This document shows positions 55,120-64,000 of a stretch of DNA of 64,000 bases, in pieces; position 1 is the stretch's first letter, and each line of letters opens with the position of its first letter. The DNA is from Octopus sinensis (taxonomy: Eukaryota), in NCBI RefSeq assembly GCF_006345805.1, contig NC_043015.1:28024001-28088000 (forward strand). The letters run 5' to 3'. The translations under genes and the position numbers were made by a program. The notes beneath the pieces are model-generated. The model was not told the DNA's origin. It saw only the letters and a list, made by a program, of their open reading frames with translations, and did not search any database.

Positions 55120-55615
55120 TGGAGGTGCATGGCTTAGTGGTTAGGGTGTCAGCACCATGATTGTAAGATTGTGGTTTCGATTCCTGGACCGGGTGACGCA
55201 TTATGTTCTTGAGCAAAACACTTCATTTCATGTTGCTCCAGTCCACTCAGCTGGCAAAAACGAGTAACACTGTGATGGACTGGCATCCTGTCCAGCTGGG
55301 GAACACATACGCCATAGAAACTGGGAAACTGAGCCCATGAGCCTGGTTAGGCTTTAAAAGGGCGTAAGGAGGCGCATGGCTTAGTGGTTAGGGTGTCAGC
55401 ACCATGATCATAAGATTGTGGTTTCAATTCCTGGACTGGGTGACGCGTTGTGTTCTTGAGCAAAACACTTCATTTCACTTTGCTCCAGTCCACTCAGCTG
55501 GCAAAAATAAGTAATGCTGCGATGGACTTGGCGTCCCGTCCAGCTGGGGAACACATACGCCATAGAAACCGGGAAACCGGGCCCATGAGCTTGGCTAGGC
55601 TTTAAAAGAGCGCAT
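55120..55615 (+). mobile_element. Tandem dimer of SINE family C
   Basis: Two ~247-bp units head-to-tail. Confidence 0.85.
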
Positions 55616-55874
55616 ATATATTTTATTTTATGCGTGTGGTGGAGTACCCTTGTCATGATACCAATGTGATAGTATGGTTTTAAACCAGCATCACAGCCCT
55701 ATCACTGATGTCATTCATTTCCAGTCTTCCATGAAAAACATGTCCAGCTATGAAGAAATATTACCTTGCTTGGAAACAGGTACAGGTTGGCAACAGGAAG
55801 AGCATCAATCTGTAGGAATCTGCCTAAACAAGTTCTATCTGACTTATGCAGGCATGGAAAAGTGGACATTAAAT

Positions 55875-56101
55875 TGATGATGATGATGATGATGATGACA
55901 ACGACGACGACGATGATGATGATGATGACGACGATGATGACGACAACGATGATGATGGTGGTCATGGTGATGATGATGATTATGATGATGATGATTATGA
56001 TGATGGTGATGATGACGATGATGATGATGGTGATGGTGATGATGACGACAATGATGGTGACGACAACGACGACAATGATGACGATGATGATGATGATGAT
56101 A
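55875..56101. repeat. (GAT/GAC)n tract, expanded tail of a SINE-B-like element
   Basis: Directly follows GCATGGAAAAGTGGACATTAAAT, the family-B-type 3' end. Confidence 0.9.
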
Positions 56102-57044
56102 TTAAGCTATTGCTTATATTTTTAAACTATACTTCAGAGTGACTGCATGAAGTTGCATTGATAAGGTACCAGGCATAATCAGCATCAACATCATCACCAA
56201 TACCATCATCATCATTATCATGATAATGATCATGATAAACCTCATCATCATTTTACATCAACTCGTCTATGCCGGCAGGGGTTAGATGGAAACTTTTGAG
56301 GTAACGTTTTACGACTGTATACCTTTTCTGACAACAAACTTTTTCACCACTTCTTATGGCATGCAGAGATATAGAGTACCTATTCTAAAAAAAACTATGT
56401 TGCAAAGCAAAATGTAGCAACATATGAAATTCTCACCTGACCTGCTAGAAAAAGAAGCCAAATTTTCCCTCAAATTGCATTCCACCTTCCTACAAAGAAA
56501 AAAATGAAGTCAAAATACTGGATCATGTAGTCCTAAATACAGTATGTCTGAAGAAAAGATAGGTTAGTCATGACCGAAATGCTTTGATCTAGGTCTAGTC
56601 AATCAGAATTTACCTGAGGCTAAACATCACCATCACCATCAACAACTGCAATAATGTTGGTTTACCATTTCTCAGTTCCCAATAGATCAAATGAAGATCT
56701 GTATTAGTGTCTTGGTGCAGTCTGTCATTACAAAAGGCTAATCATTCTATTTTTAATACATTCCAAGACCACCTTGATTGCTACAGATGCTATTTAGCTC
56801 TAGGTATCAATTTCTTTAGATGGTAAAATGTCAGCCTAAAATCAAAGGAATCGAAACAACAGCAGACCCCTAACTCTTTAAACTAATGAATAAATAAATA
56901 ATAAATGAAATATAGGCGCAGGTATGGCTGTGTGGTTAGAGACTTGCTTCCCAACCACATGGTTTCAGGTTCAGTCCAACTGCATGACAACTTGGACAAG
57001 TGTCTTGTGAGTGGATTTGGTTGATGGAAACTGAAAGAAACTTG

Positions 57045-57585
57045 TATACAAACATAAAGAAGCTACACAAAGAAGATCGTCTCAATGCAACATATCAGCT
57101 ACTGGGAAATACTGAAAGTATTAAAACTCTTCTCCCTAGAGCGAAGGTGGGAGAGATATGCGGTGATATACATCTGGAAAATCCTGGAGGGTCTTCTCCC
57201 AAACTTTGGCATTCAAAGTTACCCCAACCGCAGAACGGGGCGCCACTGCATGGTGCCAAAGATTCCAACATCACCATCAAAATACAGGACCAGATACAGC
57301 AACAGCTTGGGTTTCAGAGGACCACAGCTCTTTAACATCCTCCCTAAATGCCTGAGAGACTTGCATGGTGTGGATGTGGGTTTCTTTAAAACTAAACTGG
57401 ATCTCTTCTTGTCAGGGGTCCCAGATGAACCTACCTCAAGACAAGGGACACAGATGCGGGCAGTGGCATCGAACTCCCTTGTTGACCAAGTGACACGTAT
57501 CAGAGGTGGAGTCACATATTAGTGTAGCTCATTCAGCGGTGGTGCCCCAGCATGGCCGTGGCCTTCGGGCTAAAACATTTTTAAG
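57045..57585 (+). mobile_element. CR1-group LINE 3' fragment (ORF 57085-57522)
   Basis: SYWE.LK.L.LFSLERR, LFN.LP, FKTKLDLFL..VPDEP motifs of CR1/L2-group RT C-termini. Confidence 0.85.
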
Positions 57586-57893
57586 GATATATATATTTAA
57601 AAAGTGCATTTTGTGCACTAATTATGAAATCATATGATCTGCAGCTGAATCTGTTTTTAAAAGGTTCGCTTTGAGAGTTGCATTCCCTCGCGTTCAGTAC
57701 AATGTGTTTATTATGGTAGTTTTGACTATAAGAGTCCCTCCTAGCATGAGGCATTTAAGTATAGTAATGCCCTTAATATAAATAAATATATTTTAAAAGG
57801 AATAATTAATAAATTTTTTTCCCTTATGAAGTTTTTCACGCTAACTACTTGATAATTTCTTATAAAAATTTTATCCTATTTTTAAATTGTATA

Positions 57894-57931
<38 letters not shown>

Positions 57932-58777
57932 TACATGTGCATGTCTTTGTGTCTGTGTTTGTCCCACACACACACACAGACACAAACACACCACTTGACA
58001 ATTAGTGTTGGTGTGTTTATGTCCATGTAACTTAGCGGTTTGACAAGAGAGACTGATATATATAATATATGTGTATATATACATACATATATATATATAT
58101 ATATAATATATGGAGGTGCGTGGCTTAGTGGTTAGAGTGTCAGCATCGTGATCATAAGGTTGTGGTTTCAATTCCTGGACCAGGCAACGTGTTGTGTTCT
58201 TGAGCAAAACACTTCATTTCACGTTGCTCCAGTCCACTCAGCTGGCAAAGAAAACAAGGGAGGGTCATTTGGAGTTTTCTTTCCTCAGTCAAGTACCAGA
58301 TTATCTTTGCAATTTCAGCTGATTATACTTGAGATTGTTCCAATATGGCCAGTCCCAAGGAAAAACTAAACTAAGAGCATTAGATTCCTTGGAAGAAAGC
58401 AGCGAATGTAAACAAAAATAAGGGCGGAAAAAAAACAAACAAGGTTACACAAATAAAATAAAAATAATAACAGGACATAACAACAGGTGTCTTTCGACTA
58501 AGGACGAATTAAATTAAGCTGGTGTGTGTGGAAATGAAGTGTTAAGGCAGGGATACAAGATTTCCCAAACACAGGGAGGAATATCGATGTTGTACGGACA
58601 TCGGCCATATATGATAGGCTTAAACATAGTTTCCATCTGTCAAATTCACTCAGAAGGCTCTGGTCAGCCTGGTGATACGGTATAAAACATTTACCCAAGA
58701 TGTCACTGAACCTGAAAGCATGTCATTGCAAAGCAAGCTTCTTAACCACACAGCTATGCCTGTATCTGTGAGTTTAG

Positions 58778-59164
58778 TATAGGAGCACTCCGTCGGTTAC
58801 GACGATGAGGGTCCCAGCTGATACGATCAATGGAACAGCTTGCTCGTGGAATTAACGTGCAAGTGGCTGAGCACTCCACAGACACGTGTACCCTTAATGT
58901 AGTTCTCGAGGAGATTCAGCGTGACACAGAGAGTGACAAGTCTGACCCTTTGAAATACAGGTACAACAGAAACAGGAAGTAAGAGTGAGAGAAAGTTGTG
59001 GTGAAAGAGTACAGCAGGGATCACCACCACGCCCTGCCGGAGCCTCACGGAGCTTTTAGGTGTTTTCGCTCAATGAACACTCACAATGCCCGGTCTGGGA
59101 ATCGAAACCGCGATCCTCTGACCGCGAGTCCGCTGCCCTAACCACTGGGCCATTGCGCCTCCAC
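58778..59164 (-). mobile_element. tRNA-head SINE (family C group, different body)
   Basis: Head GGAGGCGCAATGGCCCAGTGGTTAGG..GGTTTCGATTCCC shared with the 38292 copy. Confidence 0.8.
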
Positions 59165-59396
59165 ATCTGTGGGTTTAATGCATCAAAGAAGAGAAATAGA
59201 TTGACAAGTCTATTAATTAGCATCTGCCAAAAACAAAGTAAGTTTGTCTATTTACCAATACTGATCGATCAATTATTGTAATTTGTTTAATTTGATGCGT
59301 GTCAGGGTCTCAGAAGTATTTCATAAATTGAATGAACCCGAAACCCCCGGTGATTCAGGAAAGTTGAAAGCAATATAGTATTACAGTAAAAATCTT

Positions 59397-59573
59397 TGTG
59401 GCTGTGTGGTAAGTAGCTTGCTTACCAACCACATGGTTCCAGGTTCAGTTCCATTGCGCGGCACCTTGGGCAAGTGTCTTCTACTATAGCCTCGTGCCGA
59501 CCAAAGCCCTGTGAGTGGATTTGGTAGACGGAAACTGAAAGAAGCCTGTCGTATATATGTATATATGTGTATG

Positions 59574-59610
<37 letters not shown>

Positions 59611-59820
59611 ATGTGTTTGTGTGTTTGTGTTTGTCCCCCCAACATCGCTTGACAACCGATGCTGGTGTGTTTACGTCCCCGTAACTTAGCGGTTCAGCAA
59701 AAGAGACCGATAGAATAAGTACTAGGCTTACAAAGAATAAGTCCTGGGGTCAATTTGCTCGACTAATGGCAGTGCTCCAGCAGGGCCACAGTCACATGAC
59801 TGAAACAAGTAAAAGAGTAT
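59397..59820 (+). mobile_element. SINE family A
   Basis: Full-length copy. Confidence 0.9.
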
Positions 59821-60889
59821 AGCAATGAGCATCCTGAAAATCTGGTGCCTATAACATATACTTCTCTTGTTACTGTTATAATCCAGCACAGGTGATCCTC
59901 CCTGTAAAGCTTTTAGTAATATTCAAGAGTTTTTCATCCATGAAGGTCATTCAAACTGCTGAAGTTTTACCTGGTAAGAACGATACTAATATTTATTGTT
60001 CAGAGGAAATATTCCATAATGTAGACAGGCCCCTTCACTAACAAACTGCCCATGTCTGTTACACAAGCATGTGCCCTATGTCTTTCTACATTAAATTCTT
60101 CATTCAAAACGAGGTAATTAATATAGCATTTTTTTTAGCATCTTTCACATATAATTTTCTCTTCCTGCTAGAATAATTCAATGTCTTTTATGCTCTTTTA
60201 TTTAGCGAATATTGTTGTAATTATTTTGTGTTCATTGTAAAGCGTAATGCGAAATTTTGAATCCAGTTAAAGTCTAATATTCTTTATTGAAAATGACATG
60301 ATTTGTGAATGATGCAAAAATATATTATACTAATGACAGAAAAACGTCAGATCTCATTTTAAATAAAGAATTTAAATTAAGTGGTTGTTTGTCTCCAATT
60401 ATCACATTAAATATCGTTTCACTGTCGCCTAAACAGGGATTTATTATGTGGCAGAAGAATTCCATTGCATACAAACGTTAGTCTCATTTTTACCACACAA
60501 AATTTCATCTATTTAAACAAACTTCCTCAATGTTAAAATATTGAAACATTATCTGAGAAAGGCAATTGAAGAGGTATTAAATTAAAATAGTCATCTATGT
60601 ATCACACTTAATGTATATACATCATTGAGAGACAAGTTACTCCTGTGTTTGTTCAGAGACAACATCTCTTATGGACATGCTGTGTTTAAAAACAGAATAT
60701 ATATCAGAGGACAATGAAAAATCCTCCCAGCAGTGGCCAGCAAATACACCAGATACATTTTGTTTAGGTGGGCCTCATGAATGGCATGAACTCACTGTCA
60801 GCTGGTATAGAAAACAGTGAATAAAAAAATTTGCTGATGTTGCAAATAAGCCACCTGGCAGAATAAATATCCAGTATATGCAATCGAAT

Positions 60890-61791
60890 CATTGTTTAAT
60901 GTCCATTTTCCATGCTGGCATGTATTGGACAGTTTGACAGGAGCTGGCAAGCTAGAGAGCTGTCCAGGCGCCAATTGTCTCTTTTGGCATGGTTTCTATG
61001 GTTGGATGCCCTTCCTAATGCCAACCACTTCACAGATGGTGCTGGGTGTTTTTTATGTGCTACCAGCATGGGTGCTTTTACATGGCACTGGTGCAAGTGC
61101 ATTTTATGTGGCACCAGCATCTGCAAAAAAAAAAGACTCTCAGTTGGGAGAGGGAGTGGGGGGCATGGCAATAAAAGATATACCTGTATATATGAATGGC
61201 CACAAATTTACATAGCCCCATACTGAAGCAGTATCAAATTACATCAATGGAAATTGTAGCTGTGATACCAGTGCCGATGGCATGTAAGAGAACCATCCGA
61301 GCGTGGCCGTTGCCAGCGCCGCCCTGACTGGCCTCCGTGCCGGTGGCACGTAAAAAGCACCATCTGATCGTTGCCGTTTGTCAGCCTCGTCTGGCCTCCG
61401 TGCCAGTGGCACGTAAAAGAGCACCATCTGATCGTTGCCGTTTGCCAGCCTCATCTGGCCTCCGTGCCAGTGGCACGTAAAAAAGCACCATCTGATCGTT
61501 GCCGTTTGCCAGCCTCGTCTGGCCCCCATGCCGGTGGCACGTAAAAAGCACCATCTGATCGTGGCCGTTTGCCAGCCTCGTCTGGCACCTGTGCAGGTGG
61601 CATGTGAAAAGCACCCACTACACTCACGGAGTGGTTGGCGTTAGGAAGGGCATCCAGCTGTAGAAACACTGCCAGATCAGACTGGAGCCTGGTGCAGCCT
61701 TCTGGCTTCCCAGACCCCGGTCGAACCATCCAACCCATGCTAGCATGGAAAACGGACGTTAAACGATGATGATGATGATGATGATGATGAT
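60890..61791. mobile_element. Two SINE-B copies head-to-head (60890-61130 -, 61265-61791 +)
   Basis: The second copy has about five to six internal ~60-bp units and a (GAT)n tail. Confidence 0.85.
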
Positions 61792-62216
61792 CAAGGCAAT
61801 TTACTGTAGAATCCATTCAGAGATAACATCATTTATGGATGAGCTGTGTTTAAAAGCACAATATGTATTGGAGGAAGACAAAAAAAAAAATCATCGTAGC
61901 AGCTGGTCGCAATGTTAAATTAACAAAAACCTCTGTAAAATTATTCGAAACAGGCTGGCTTCTAACTATTCTTGAGAGAATCCGGTGATGACTGCTGATC
62001 AGAAATTTAAAGTCAATATAAGCATTTAATGGAAATCTTTTCTTTTTCTCACACGATGAAAGAATTTTTTTTTAATATTTTAAGTGCAAAAGGCCTGTCT
62101 TGGAACGGAAGGATGATGTCTTGACTCAAATTTAGCAACAATGACTAATACGTGTAGAGATTGAAAGAAGGTACAAAGGAGTGTCGTGACTAGACTGTTT
62201 TGATTGTTGAAGACTG

Positions 62217-62219
62217 TAT

Positions 62220-62276
<57 letters not shown>

Positions 62277-63374
62277 ACACACACACACACATACACACAC
62301 ATGCATGCACACATACATGCACACACATGTACAGACATACATGTGTGCTCACACATATACGCACACATACATTCATACATGTATGCATAAATACATTCAT
62401 ACACGTATGCATGCATACATACATATACACATTTATACATACATACTTACAAACATATGTCCATATACATGTACATACATGTACATACATGTGCTCACAC
62501 AAGCATACACACGCACATACATACATGAATACATACATACATACATACATGCATACATACATACACACATACATACATACATACATACATACATACATAC
62601 ATACATACATACATACATACATACACACATACATACATACCTACATACATACTTACATACATATATACATACATATATACATACATACATACATACATAC
62701 ATGAATACATACATACATACATGCATGCATACATACATACATACATACATGCATACATACATGCATACATACATACATACATACACACATACATACATAC
62801 CTACATACATACTTACATACATATATACATACATACATGCATACATACATACATACATACACACATACATACATACCTACATACATACTTACATACATAT
62901 ATACATACATATATACATACATACATACATACATACATGAATACATACATACATACATACATACACACATACATACATACACACACTCATACATACATAC
63001 TTACATACATATATACATACATACATGCATACATACATACATGCATGCATCCATCCATACATACATGCATGCATATATACATACATACATACATACATAC
63101 ATACATACATACATACATGCATCCATCCTACATACATAAATACATACATACATACATACATGCATACATACATACATGCATACATACATACATACATGCA
63201 TACATACATACATACATACATGCATACATACATGCATACATACATGCATACATACATACATACATGCATACATACATACATACATACATACATACATGCA
63301 TACATACATACATACATACATGCATACATACATACATGCATACATACATGCATACATACATACATACATACATA
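62217..63374. repeat. (CA)n plus ~1 kb (CATA)n microsatellite
   Basis: Direct reading. Confidence 0.97.
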
Positions 63375-63847
63375 GGGGAAGAGGAAAACATCCATTATGC
63401 CGAATTAATGAGAAACTTACACCTCATATTTCGTTTTTGGATTTGGTTTGCAAGATTCTTTATATGAGTTCGTGTGTTGAAGCATATTCTATTTTGTCTG
63501 GGGAGAGTCATTTTCTTTTTGTGCCTTATAATTTAAAACACCATTGAAAAGGTCGCAAGATGCAAAGAAAATTTTAGGAAAATAAAAATAAGAAATATGT
63601 GGAAATTTTACCGGTGAGTGTGTTAAATTATAAGGCACAAAAAGGAAATGACTCTCCCCAGACACAATAGATTACACCTCATATATTCAGACCATAAATT
63701 TTCATTTGTATCAATTATCATATCTGTATTTAGTTCAGTAATAACAGACTTGCGATAAAAGTCTCCAAATTCTGGGTTTCTCTTGGAAAGCACGAAGTAA
63801 ATTAACCCACATCCTTTGAATCCAATTGGGTACAGTGAAAATTTGTA

Positions 63848-64000
63848 AGTGGCTGTGTGGCAAGAAATTTGCTTTCAAACAACATGGTTCTGGGTTCAAT
63901 CCCACTGTGCAACACCTTTGGCAAGAGTTTTCTATTCTAACCTGAAGCAAACTAAAGCCTTATGAGTGGATTTGGTGGATGAAAACTGAAAGGAGCCCAT
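63848..64000 (+). mobile_element. SINE family A head (runs off window)
   Basis: Diverged 5' half. Confidence 0.7.

Noticed and set aside
58488-58510. GAAA-containing motif resembling a hammerhead 3' half
   Set aside because: No CUGANGA-type 5' core and no stem I.
60661-60718. Kelch-like peptide DNISYGHAVFKNRIYIRGQ
   Set aside because: Ends in a stop without a donor, lacks the GG motif, and is out of phase with the 59973 donor.

Overview
AT-rich, repeat-saturated eukaryotic genomic DNA. The SINE families, (TA/CA/CATA)n load and intron scale suggest an octopus or other coleoid cephalopod; this is an inference, not checked against a database. The only protein-coding gene I can recognise is exon 1 of Rab6 on the minus strand (51562-51493, [23 protein letters not shown]|V, strong GTGAGT donor) with a CpG-rich promoter. 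I could not find its other exons by eye, so most of 1-51492 may be a first intron of >51 kb. The rest is at least four tRNA-head/RTE-tail SINE families, RTE and CR1 LINE 3' fragments, TTAA-flanked piggyBac-type MITEs (one amplified into a 6x240-bp array), a hAT MITE, a small Helitron, a dimeric ~200-bp satellite abutting the Rab6 donor, and long microsatellites. The most notable unannotated signal is about a dozen minimal type I hammerhead-ribozyme motifs in five short non-coding repeat families that resemble Penelope-like pseudo-LTRs or retrozymes. These include canonical-core copies, a G3:C8-swapped core, U4C cores, fold-back (inverted) insertions and a terminally redundant ~400-bp insertion with TSD. 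Almost all ORFs in the supplied track are microsatellite or SINE artefacts. Repeat boundaries were read by eye (about +/-10-20 nt); ribozyme, TSD and exon coordinates were counted base by base.
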